Positions 9,980 through 18,614 of a stretch of 64,000 nt of DNA are shown here, piece after piece. Under the pieces are notes generated by a model. That model searched no databases. It saw only the letters and a list, made by a program, of their open reading frames with translations, and was not told where the DNA came from. The translations under genes and the position numbers were made by a program. Position 1 is the first letter of the stretch; each line of letters opens with the position of its first letter. The stretch spans positions 448,001-512,000 of the forward strand of contig CBDAOI010000002.1 of the NCBI GenBank assembly GCA_965198005.1. Direction: 5' to 3'. The DNA comes from Spirochaetia bacterium (GTDB taxonomy: Bacteria > Spirochaetota > Spirochaetia > SZUA-6 > Bin103).

Positions 9980-10161
9980 CGACTCCTCACCATTAAGCAA
10001 GCCCGCCGCGAGCTGATTTTCAGCAAATCTCGGCGAGCGGCTGTCAGGGGAACAGAGTGTCATAAGCGTTGACGTGTTATAAGTCACTCAAGCCCTCCGC
10101 AGGTGAGGCACAGCCATACCCAGATGTAGTCGCGATGTCGCGATTGACTGGATCCCACCCT

Positions 10162-10190
10162 ATCATAACCTCCGCTCCCGAGGACGTCAA
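10162..10190 (-). promoter_or_regulatory. sigma70-like promoter upstream of SBP1
   Basis: TTGACG-17-TATGAT. Confidence 0.65.
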
Positions 10191-10294
10191 CCACGAATCG
10201 GCCCAGCAATTCTCGGTGAACGGCAGTCGATGGCCTGAAGAGACAGTCTGGAGGGGGCCCCACCATTTGCCAACCCCCGCCGCGAAAGGATTCC

Positions 10295-10312
10295 GGGGGG
10301 GGGGGGGGGGGG
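10295..10312. repeat. G18 tract (C18 on sense strand)
   Basis: direct count. Confidence 0.85.
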
Positions 10313-10331
10313 CAAGGGTAGGACGCGCCGG

Positions 10332-10388
10332 TTACGCTGCCGCTAACCGGTGGCAGCTCTGAGTAGTGTTTTCAGCCATCTTTTGCAT
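10332..10388 (-). CDS. SBP leader ORF MQKMAENTTQSCHRLAAA, premature stop
   Basis: homologous to leaders starting at 17620, 28734 and 39447; TAA where two homologs have CAA/CAG. Confidence 0.45.
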   Translation of the reverse strand: MQKMAENTTQSCHRLAAA

Positions 10389-10410
10389 CCGTTCAAACCT
10401 GAGACTTTTT

Positions 10411-10439
10411 ACTATACCACCCCTGCGGCAACCAATCAA
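10411..10439 (-). promoter_or_regulatory. leader promoter
   Basis: TTGATT-17-TATAGT with extended TG, about 23 nt before leader ATG. Confidence 0.6.
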
Positions 10440-10707
10440 CAGGAAAAACTGGCGAATTGAAGCTTTCTTGAGATTTCTTTCGGGCAGCCGCGGCAGCCGA
10501 GAGCCCCTCGCGGCGCCGACTCGGACGCATCGCCCCTCCGGAGCCGTCATTCGCCGGCGATGTGGCCGTCCGCAGGCCGTTCACCGTCCACGTCGGCCTC
10601 ACAGCGGCCCGCTGAGGGCCTTCCAGCCCCTCGGGGGTAAGCCTGGGGTACCCCCTGCAACACCCGTCAACGCCGATTCCCGGCACCGCTGAGGGTTGGC
10701 AATACCC

Positions 10708-11193
10708 CTAACGCGCCAGTCTCGGATCGTACCGGAAACTGGAGATGGGGCCGGTTGTGATGGCGCTAAAGTCGGCGTGCTCGGGATTGACGATGAAGTT
10801 GGTGTCGCCCCGGACTACGGCGCTCGGTACCTGCAGCACGGCAGACCATGCGTGATCGATCCACCGGTCGCCGATTTCCTGGGTGGCGGGATGCAGGCTC
10901 GGTTGCGCCCACTCCGGTGGCAACTGGTCTTCACCGATGTGCTTCACTAGGCGTTCCGGGATGAACACCGGCATCGTTCGATACGTTTCCAGGACTCTTT
11001 CAGCTCCCAGGTGAACCAGCAACTCCATGCCGGCAAGCGCCAAGCTGTCGCCGAGATAGACTACCGCGCGCCCAATACTGTTCCAGCGCCCACCGTAGCG
11101 CCGGGCCCCCTCGCCCGACATCATTTGCTCAGCGGTTTGAGCGAATTCCGGCGCGGCCAGACGCCACGCGGCCAGACGCCACGCGGTAATCAA
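10708..11193 (-). CDS. RES-domain toxin (NAD+ phosphorylase family)
   Basis: WRL, GGRWNS.G..VVY, ELLVH, VPSAVV, NFIVNPEH. Confidence 0.9.
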   Translation of the reverse strand: MITAWRLAAWRLAAPEFAQTAEQMMSGEGARRYGGRWNSIGRAVVYLGDSLALAGMELLVHLGAERVLETYRTMPVFIPERLVKHIGEDQLPPEWAQPSLHPATQEIGDRWIDHAWSAVLQVPSAVVRGDTNFIVNPEHADFSAITTGPISSFRYDPRLAR

Positions 11194-11729
11194 CTGAACA
11201 CGCCATGCCGTAGCCGGCCGATGAGGTGCTCCACATCGCGTGCGCCCGTTTCCGTCGACGCACGCTCAAGCGGCGTCTCCCGGTCCAGGAGTTCATGCCG
11301 TGTCCGCAGCCACCGCTCGGCGGCGCCCGCGTCGCCCCGCATCATGGCCACGGCCATTGCCTCCAGGCGAGCGATACGCACCAACCGGTCCGACTCCGAT
11401 GGCGTTAACGTGCCGCTCCGCTTTCTGCGGGCAAGGGTCGATGCCGGGATACCGATAACCTCCGCCAGTTCTTGTTGCGATCCGCCGACAGCAGCCACCA
11501 GTTCATTGAGCATGGAGAAGGGCAGGCCGTTGCGGACCATCTTGAGCACACCACGGCCATTCAAGAGAGCGAACAGGCCACCGTTCGCCGCGTGCTCCGC
11601 GACGTACTGCGTGGCCGGCTCCTCAACGCCCCGCGTGGTGGGCTCGGAAACCGGCTGTCGGGCGGGCATGACGCCGGGGCGCGGTTCCGGCACTCCATCA
11701 GGCATTGATTTCTCCATCTGGTTCTCCAT
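11190..11729 (-). CDS. Xre/MbcA/ParS-family antitoxin
   Basis: GIPASTLARRK, ESDRLVR, WL...LDRETPL, LIGRLRHGVFS; overlaps RES start. Confidence 0.9.
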   Translation of the reverse strand: MENQMEKSMPDGVPEPRPGVMPARQPVSEPTTRGVEEPATQYVAEHAANGGLFALLNGRGVLKMVRNGLPFSMLNELVAAVGGSQQELAEVIGIPASTLARRKRSGTLTPSESDRLVRIARLEAMAVAMMRGDAGAAERWLRTRHELLDRETPLERASTETGARDVEHLIGRLRHGVFS

Positions 11730-11899
11730 CTGGCACTTTCCCTATTACCGTATGCAACAAGGTACCCCGACGAGGCCGTTTCCCACAACCCCCGCGAGCG
11801 TGCCGGGGCGTTGATCGCGGAACGCACTCGTCGCGCCCTCGTCGACCGCACTCTGCGCGGTTTGCATGGTGTTCCGGGTCACGGAATGGCCTTGCCGCC

Positions 11900-12553
11900 T
11901 CATTCGTAGCGAATCCGCGGGTCCAGCGACGCGTACACCAGATCGGTCAGCAGGCTGACCACCACCACCGTGGCGAAGAACAGGTTTATCGCCGACACCA
12001 CCGGGTAGTCGCGGTCGTTGAGCGCATCCAGCATCAGCCGCCCCAGCCCCGGCAGGTTGAAGATGTTCTCGATGATCACCGAGCCGCCCACCAGAATCGG
12101 AAGCTGCATGCCCACCAGCGTCACCACCGGGATGATGGCGTTCTTGACCGCGTGGCGCAGAATCACCGAACGCTCCAGCAGCCCCTTGGCCCAGGCGGTC
12201 CTGACGTAGTCCTGCCTCAGCACCTCCAGCATCATGGTGCGCGTCATGCGCATGGTGCTGGCCGACAGGTAGGTGCCGAGGATCAGGCTGGGGATCAGGA
12301 ACATGCCGAGGTTGGTGCCGCGCAGGAGGATGCCGCCGATCCAGCCGCCGTACTGCACGTGGATCGGCAGGTCGAGGCCGAGCCTGCGCTCTACGAGCTC
12401 CCGGTCGACTTCGCCGCCAGTGTCCAACATACGGCTGGCCATGATGTCGATGACGTCGCCGGGGATGAAGCGGACCGACAGGAACACCAACACGCTCAGG
12501 ATGAACAGGGTGGGGACGACCAGCAGCAGCAGCCGGATGATGTAGGCTCTCAT
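11900..12553 (-). pseudogene. permease B with in-frame ~100-codon deletion
   Basis: LLRGT joined to NLGMF; 217 aa versus 318 aa for the close paralog at 24770-25726. Confidence 0.85.
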
Positions 12554-12568
12554 GTCTTCGTGGCAAAT

Positions 12569-12600
12569 GGGCGCCGGGAAGCTCGAGGCTCCCGGCGCCC
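12569..12600 (-). terminator. GC-rich hairpin, copy of 15325-15363
   Basis: GGGCGCCGGGA...TCCCGGCGCCC. Confidence 0.6.
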
Positions 12601-12703
12601 TTCTCTGCAGACAGAACTGGCTCGTGCAGCTCGGCGTCTGCGCCTCGTGGAGTCGCGCAGCGACTCCTTAACCCAACGGCGTAGTCGTTGGGTCAGAACC
12701 CCA

Positions 12704-12826
12704 GGCGACCGCGTTGACGCGGACGCCGTGCTCTCGCAGCTGCGGCGATCTGGTTGCCGACCGCCTCTAGGGACTCGCCCTCACCTGCCAGCCAACAGGC
12801 TTGGTTTCTCGTCGCGTATAGTCATC
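12704..12826 (-). pseudogene. three-piece remnant of a second SDR copy
   Basis: MTIRDEKPSLLAG | GEGESLEAVGNQIA | QLREHGVRVNAVA, each matching 2649-3494. Confidence 0.75.
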
Positions 12827-12830
12827 GCGC

Positions 12831-13223
12831 TTACAGCAGTTTGTCTACGGCAACCAGGATCGCCACAGCGGCAGCGATGGCGGCGCCCAAGCGGATCGTC
12901 AGCCGCTCCTGGAGCTTGCTGATCTCGCCGCGCAGGCTGGCCTCCAGGTGATTCATGTCGCCACGCAGGCTGGCCTCCATCTGATTCGTCTCGCCGCGCA
13001 GGGTTGCCAGCTCTTCCTTGGTGGCAAGGGTTGCGATCTCGCGGTGGACGCCCTGGAGCTCGCGGTGGACGCCTGCGATGTCGTCCTTGGTAGCGAGGTT
13101 CTCGAACATGCCCTCGGCAAAGGTCGACACCAGCACCCGCGCCTTGGTTTCATCGAAACCCGCTTCCTTTTGCAGCCGGGTGGCCGCCTTGAGGGTGTCG
13201 AACGCTACCGCCACGCCGGCCAT
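12831..13223 (-). CDS. DUF1640/CCDC90-like coiled-coil protein
   Basis: FDTLKAA..L...GF, LATKDDI / LATKEEL repeats, C-terminal TM helix. Confidence 0.8.
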   Translation of the reverse strand: MAGVAVAFDTLKAATRLQKEAGFDETKARVLVSTFAEGMFENLATKDDIAGVHRELQGVHREIATLATKEELATLRGETNQMEASLRGDMNHLEASLRGEISKLQERLTIRLGAAIAAAVAILVAVDKLL

Positions 13224-13406
13224 TCTATCCCCCTCGTGGCGATCGGTACACCATCATTTCTCACTTCGCTCATGTCGTAGTACAACGTAGCCACGTGCGC
13301 TGGCGCTTCAACGAGCGAGACCGGCGATGTGAGGGACCACCCGGAGGCGGTCTCCGAGCTGCGCAAACGCTGTAGAAGACCGAGTGAGGCCGGTAGCTGA
13401 TCGCTA

Positions 13407-13755
13407 CTACGCCGACGTCGCGCCGCTGGCAGCGAGACGACCGCTCCCACCCCTGAGCCGCGGATCGAGCAAGTCCCGCATGGCATCACCCAACATGTTG
13501 AAACTGTACACCACGATCGTCAGGCACAGCCCCGGCCACAGCGCCAGCCACGGCGCCTGCTCCATGAACCGCCGCCCCTCCCGGCTGAGCATCCCTCCCC
13601 AGCTCGGCACCTTGATGGGCAACCCGAAGCCGAGGAAGCTCAGCGACGCCTCGGCCAGGATCACGCCGCCGACGTTGATGCTGAAGACGATGATCAGCGG
13701 CGCCACGATATTGGGCAGGACATGGCGCACCAGAACCTGTCGCGTCGGCGCGCCG
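13407..13755 (-). pseudogene. permease C 3' fragment
   Basis: nearly identical to 3' third of 34939-35826. Confidence 0.85.
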
Positions 13756-13756
13756 G

Positions 13757-13838
13757 CTCCGGCAGTTTATCGGGGAACCGGTGGTTACGGTCCTGGACGT
13801 GGATGACGAAGCGGCATCGCTCTACGCCGAGGTGCCAG
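13757..13838 (+). pseudogene. possible PIN-domain toxin scrap
   Basis: LRQFIGEPVVTVLDVDDEAASLYAEV resembles a central PIN segment. Confidence 0.35.
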
Positions 13839-13840
13839 GG

Positions 13841-14036
13841 ATGAGGTTTCAGGAATTTGTCCAGGATCAGGTGTTCTCTCCGACGCTCATCGCCGACGGG
13901 CTGCGCACCACCAAGTCCAAGATCGCCGGGACGCTGGGCCTCGGCAAGGAGGCCTTCACGCGCGCATCGCGGGTCCGGGCCCGTAAGACCCAGGTCCGGT
14001 TGCGCCAGATGCTGGAGATTCTCAATCGCGTGGAAA
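13841..14036 (+). pseudogene. truncated Xre/DUF2384-like antitoxin
   Basis: FSP..IADGLRTTKSKIAGTLGLG.....R..R....KTQVRLRQMLEILNRVE; C-terminal domain missing. Confidence 0.6.
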
Positions 14037-14375
14037 CGGCATGTGCAGCAATTCCGCACCGGCGAGCCGAGCCGAGCTGGCGATGATCAAGTCGGTCGCT
14101 GGCACGGTGACCCCGAGAGTTCTCAACTCGCGCCCCATTGCGACGGCAAGTTCGAACACGGGGCCGGTGAGCTCAAGCCAGTGGCATCCCGACAGATCCG
14201 ACCTCACGTTCAGAGAGTCCACGTCCCGCGTGGCGTAGGCCACCATCTCTACCTCTATGATGCCGTTGGTCGCCGCCCGGTTGTCACGAATCGCGGAGAA
14301 AACAAGGGCTCTGACCTCCTCCGATCCACCCCGACGGTAGTACTCGATCCACGCGGAGCTATCGACCAGGATCAC
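14022..14375 (-). pseudogene. vapC: VapC PIN toxin, 3' end replaced
   Basis: MILVDSSAWIE, E.E, DLIIA; the final acidic motif after LLH is lost at the junction with the Xre fragment. Confidence 0.8.
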
Positions 14376-14578
14376 GGTTGGCGACGCAACTGCGCAAGTG
14401 CCTCCTGGTCCAGCTCGAGGTCCAACCGCCCCGCGCGGCTCAGCGCCGCGTTGCGCCTCCAGGCCTTGACCGCCTCCCGAAGAGCCAACTCGATCGTTTC
14501 TCGCTTCGTGGACGCACGCAGCGCTTGCCGGGCCTCTTCGATCAGGTGGTTGTCAATCGTAACAGTTATGCGACTCAT
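14372..14578 (-). CDS. vapB: VapB antitoxin
   Basis: MSRITVTIDNHLIEEA...TKRETIELALRE; AGGAG RBS; overlaps vapC start. Confidence 0.85.
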   Translation of the reverse strand: MSRITVTIDNHLIEEARQALRASTKRETIELALREAVKAWRRNAALSRAGRLDLELDQEALAQLRRQP

Positions 14579-14639
14579 CGGGCTCCTCATGAGTCATCAC
14601 GATGGCACACCATCAGGATACACCAATGATCTACACCGA

Positions 14640-15312
14640 GACCGGCCGCCCACCAGAATCGGCAACTGCATACCCACCAGCGTCACCACCGGGATGATCG
14701 CGTTCTTGAGCGCGTGGCGCAGGATCACCGACCGCTCCAGCAGCCCCTTGGACCAGGCGGTCCTGATGTAGTCCTGGCGCAGCACCTCCAGCATCATGGT
14801 GCGCGTCATGCGCATGGTGCTGGCCAGATGGCGGGGTAGATCATCACCATCGTTCCCAGCCAGAAGTTGGGCGTTGCCAGCCCCATGATGGCTACCGACC
14901 GTCCCACGTAGTCGGCGGCGGTGTACTGGCGCACGGCCGAGTAGATGCCCACCGGCAGCGCGATGACCAGGCCGATGCCGATGGCCAGCAGCCCGAGCTC
15001 GGCGGTGACCGGCAAACGACCGAGTATCCGCTCCTTTATCGGCCAGCCGCCCATCAGGGACTCGCCAAGGGTGCCGTGCCGGAAGATCCCTCCCATCCAG
15101 CGTCCATACTGGACCCAGACCGGCACGTCCAAGCCCAGCCTCCGCTCGAGAGCTTCACGGTCAATCACGCCTGCTGCTTGCCAGTCCATCCTACCCAGCA
15201 TGACGTCGATTACATCGCCCGGGATGAAGCGGACCGACAGGAACACCAGCACGCTCAGGATGAACAGGGTGGGGATGACCAGCAGTAGCCGCCTGATGAT
15301 GTACGCTCTCAT
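14640..15312 (-). pseudogene. permease B, internally deleted/frameshifted and 3'-truncated
   Basis: MRAYIIRR...YPAIW joined out of frame to STMRMTRT...LPILVGG. Confidence 0.85.
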
Positions 15313-15324
15313 GTCTTCGTGGTA

Positions 15325-15363
15325 GAAGGGCGCCGGGAAGCTCGAGGCTCCCGGCGCCCTTCT
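15325..15363 (-). terminator. hairpin between SBP2 and permease B
   Basis: GAAGGGCGCCGGGA...TCCCGGCGCCCTTC. Confidence 0.65.
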
Positions 15364-15447
15364 CTGCCCGACAGAACGAGCGCGAAAGCGCTCGTGGGAC
15401 CCGCCTTTAGGCGGGGTCCTTGCTGAGCCAATGGCGCAGCCGATTCA

Positions 15448-17268
15448 TCAGAATCCCATTTCTCTCTTCAGATCCTGATCGATCCAGAGGCGGGCGAATA
15501 TGGCATGATGGTTCAAGTCTCCCAAGTTGGATTCACCGCTAAAACCCTTGACCCACGCCTGGCTCGCCAGAAACCGCGGCGCCAGGGGACCCCATATCTG
15601 CACGTGCTCCTTCATCAGGGCCATTTCAAACTCTCTATTTGCTTTTTGCTGCGCCTCCGCAGTCGTAGCGGCTTGAAATGCATCATAAGCGGCGGTCAGC
15701 TCAGGGGTCTCGAGTCCGCCCACGAGTGCGTTGACGTGCTGGTTGGGCTTAAAAAAGCCGATTATTGTAGCGGGGTTCACAGCAAACGCCATATCGCCAG
15801 TGATCATCTCAAAGTCAAAGCTCGTTCTATTGGCGACCAGGGTCCCAGTGTCGACAATATTGACCGTTACGTCAACGCCAATATCAGCCATGTACTGGAG
15901 AGCCACTTCTATATATCCCAAGTCTATGACATCGCGGTGCTGCAAGGTAGTCTTGAATCTCACGCCGTCCGCGCCGCGCGGATATCCAGCCTCATCCAGG
16001 AGCTTCTCAGCACCTTCCTGATCATACGAGTAGTATCCCTTGAGCTCTGCGGGCCATTCCTGAAACGGGGTGTAATACGGCTTGACGGCGACCAAACCAA
16101 TGGGTTCCCACTTTGCATAACCGCCAAAGTAGGTGTCATTAATCGTCTGGAGGTCCAGTGCCATCTGCAATGCGTGGCGCACTCTGACGTCGTCAAAATG
16201 GGGCTTGCTAACGTTCATGGCGATACTCGCAGTGGAGCGACCGAAAGTTGGCGATGTCACGATTTCTGGGTTAGTCCGGTTGAGGCTCTGTGCCACGTCG
16301 AGCGTCGAAATAGAGACCGGTCCCGCGCTATGTATCATATCCACCGCACCAGTGCGTAGCGCCGATATACGGGTTGCTGCTTCGGCCATAAAGAGCGCTC
16401 TTAACCGGTCAATATAGGGCAGGCGGTTCTCCGGGTGTTTTTCGTCGAAGCCCCAGTAGTCAGGATTCCTGCTAAACGTCTTGGAGACGCCGTCCACATA
16501 GTCAGTCAGCATAAATGGCCCCGTGCCGACCACGTTCTTCCAGTCCTTGTAGTCGCCGTATTGCTCGATTACGTCCGGGGGTAACACCCAGTGCATGGGA
16601 CCGACGATGATTGTCCTTAGCGCACTGGGGGATGGCCTCGTCGTCTTGATGACAACCGTATGCTCGTCGGTAGCCTCTATCGATTCCCATGGCTCATTTG
16701 CAAACCCGTAGGCCACTGCCAGTTCGGAAGGTTCAGTGAAGCCGCTGCCCAGGCCCAAATAGCGGTGATACGTGTGTTCTACATCCTTGGCAGTCAGCTC
16801 CCGACCGTTTACCAGGCGGCTGGCCTCACTATCCGGATTAAGGGCGTAGTGTACGCCCTGACGGATGTGGAAGACGTACGTCAGTGGGTCGGGCGCTTCC
16901 CAGCTTTCCGCCAGGTTCCCCGTGAAGGCAGACAAGGGTGGGTAATCCGCTGTAAAGTCGAATTCTTCCCGATCTAGTGCCCAGTCCCCGTAGGCGAGCT
17001 TTTCATTTACACCGTCTATGAGCCAGCTCGCTTCGAGGCCAGCATAAAAAGGATCTTGATTGTCTCCTGCTCTGACATAGGGATAGGTCAATGTCCCACC
17101 ATACTCCGGCGCCGTCACCATCTTGCCGGTGGCGGGGTCCATCACCATTTCCTTTTCCATCGCCGCGGCCGGTTGCTCTTCCCCGGCCGGGCTTGCCCAC
17201 AGGCCGGTCGCGGCCAGACCGAAACCGATCAGTACCGCCAGGATCTTTCGCAAGATTGCGTATTGCAT
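15448..17268 (-). CDS. ABC substrate-binding protein, family 5 (SBP2)
   Basis: AGGAG then MQYAILRK signal peptide; PEYGGTLT, GTGPFML, LDEAGYPRGADG. Confidence 0.92.
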   Translation of the reverse strand: MQYAILRKILAVLIGFGLAATGLWASPAGEEQPAAAMEKEMVMDPATGKMVTAPEYGGTLTYPYVRAGDNQDPFYAGLEASWLIDGVNEKLAYGDWALDREEFDFTADYPPLSAFTGNLAESWEAPDPLTYVFHIRQGVHYALNPDSEASRLVNGRELTAKDVEHTYHRYLGLGSGFTEPSELAVAYGFANEPWESIEATDEHTVVIKTTRPSPSALRTIIVGPMHWVLPPDVIEQYGDYKDWKNVVGTGPFMLTDYVDGVSKTFSRNPDYWGFDEKHPENRLPYIDRLRALFMAEAATRISALRTGAVDMIHSAGPVSISTLDVAQSLNRTNPEIVTSPTFGRSTASIAMNVSKPHFDDVRVRHALQMALDLQTINDTYFGGYAKWEPIGLVAVKPYYTPFQEWPAELKGYYSYDQEGAEKLLDEAGYPRGADGVRFKTTLQHRDVIDLGYIEVALQYMADIGVDVTVNIVDTGTLVANRTSFDFEMITGDMAFAVNPATIIGFFKPNQHVNALVGGLETPELTAAYDAFQAATTAEAQQKANREFEMALMKEHVQIWGPLAPRFLASQAWVKGFSGESNLGDLNHHAIFARLWIDQDLKREMGF

Positions 17269-17398
17269 GTTTGACTCCTGATACTCGTGATATTCGAGAG
17301 TGCTGATTCCACTGCCCATCCCTCGCCCACTCTCGACGTACACCTGCAATCGCAGGTGCCCGGAAAGCGAGGGCGCCAGCCCGCGTTCCGAATCAGTT

Positions 17399-17620
17399 CT
17401 ACATCCGGCACCTCCTTGAACGCGTGCGCGCACCTGATCCGGGAGCGCCGCGCGGGGCGCACTCAGCCCGAGCGCTTAGTGCTTCTCGTATAGTTGGGGG
17501 GGGGGGGGGGGGGGCGAACGGACGGGATGCGCCGGAGCGGCACCCCGGGCGGCGGCTGAGGGGCGCCAGTAGCGTCAACCCGTGGCAGGGCTGGATTGCG
17601 TAGTCAGGCATCATCGGCAT
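17399..17620 (-). CDS. SBP leader ORF with Pro7 run (73 aa)
   Basis: MPMMPDYAIQPCHGL...APPPPPPPTIREALSARAEC...M*. Confidence 0.45.
   Translation of the reverse strand: MPMMPDYAIQPCHGLTLLAPLSRRPGCRSGASRPFAPPPPPPTIREALSARAECAPRGAPGSGARTRSRRCRM
17496..17514. repeat. G19 tract (C19 on sense strand)
   Basis: direct count; homologous site at 28021-28026 is G6. Confidence 0.85.
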
Positions 17621-17643
17621 CCGTTCAAGATCCCAACCGCGGT

Positions 17644-17673
17644 AGTTTGGCACACGCGCGGCACGGCAGTCAA
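17644..17673 (-). promoter_or_regulatory. leader promoter
   Basis: TTGACT-18-CAAACT; aligns with 28743-28771. Confidence 0.5.
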
Positions 17674-18126
17674 GCGCCTGGCCTCGTCCACCTCGTCCAC
17701 CCCTACGGCCGACTCGCCGGGCGCTGACGTCCGTCGGAGCGCTCCGCTGGGCGGCTGGGTGCCGGGCTCCGGTGACCGAACGCGCGCGGCGTGAACCCCT
17801 CCCGGTTGGTGATGCTGGCGCTGCTGCCGGCGCGCAACCGGGGCGCATTGCCGCGGAAACTGCGCTGTAGCAGTTTTGCCGCTCGGCGCGGCGGTCGTGA
17901 TTCCCTGATTCCGCATGGGCCGTTGCAGCCCCCTTTCATACGCCTCGACAGGCACGCGCGAGTCAGGTCGAGGTCAACCCCGTTGCTGCGAGCGTTCACC
18001 ATCCTGGCCCCTGCCGGCGCCGTAGCGCCCGAGCCCAGGTGCGGCGCGATCTCCAGTTGCCGATGCCGTGGTTCGGCACTCCTCGAGCATCTGCCCCTGT
18101 TCGACGGGGCATGCTACACTACCGTC

Positions 18127-18360
18127 ATGATCAGCCGTGGCATTCGCGCTTATGTGGCTCGCGAGTGGTGAACGGCGCGGGCTGCCAAGGACGCGTATTG
18201 GGCCGAGCGCATCACCCGCTACGGACACCCGCTACGGACCGCTGGAAGGTCTGCGCATCGCCGACGAGCTGCGCAGACAAGCACTGCTGCACAATCCGGA
18301 TTGGCCCGATGGCGCCGCCCGGAAGCAGGACCTTCTCGCTCACGTGCGCTTGGCCGAGCC
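18127..18360 (+). pseudogene. inactivated copy of the 40794-41048 antitoxin-like gene
   Basis: near-identical DNA; CGA>TGA stop and 13-bp duplication at 18213-18238. Confidence 0.8.
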
Positions 18361-18614
18361 GGATTTGGGCTATGTAGAAATAGCTGCCGGCTACTGGGCT
18401 GAAAGGCATCATAGGCAGCCGTCAGCTTGAGGATGCCTTCCTGGTGCGCACGGTCTCCCTGCACGCCGCCTCCGAACGGCGGCGCATGGTCAATCCCCGC
18501 AAGGCGTGTAGCGCGTAGTTCAGATGCCGCGGCACCACCTCCGCGTCTCCGCGTAGATCGGGTTGCCGGTTTGGGACAAGTATGGCATACACACGGTTTA
18601 CGCCGGGAGCACAC

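Noticed and set aside
15448-17433. Long N-terminal extensions of SBP ORFs in the track (starts 9680, 17433, 27856, 38796, 47371)
   Set aside because: Signal peptides and SD sequences place the starts at 9569, 17268, 27691, 38721 and 47287
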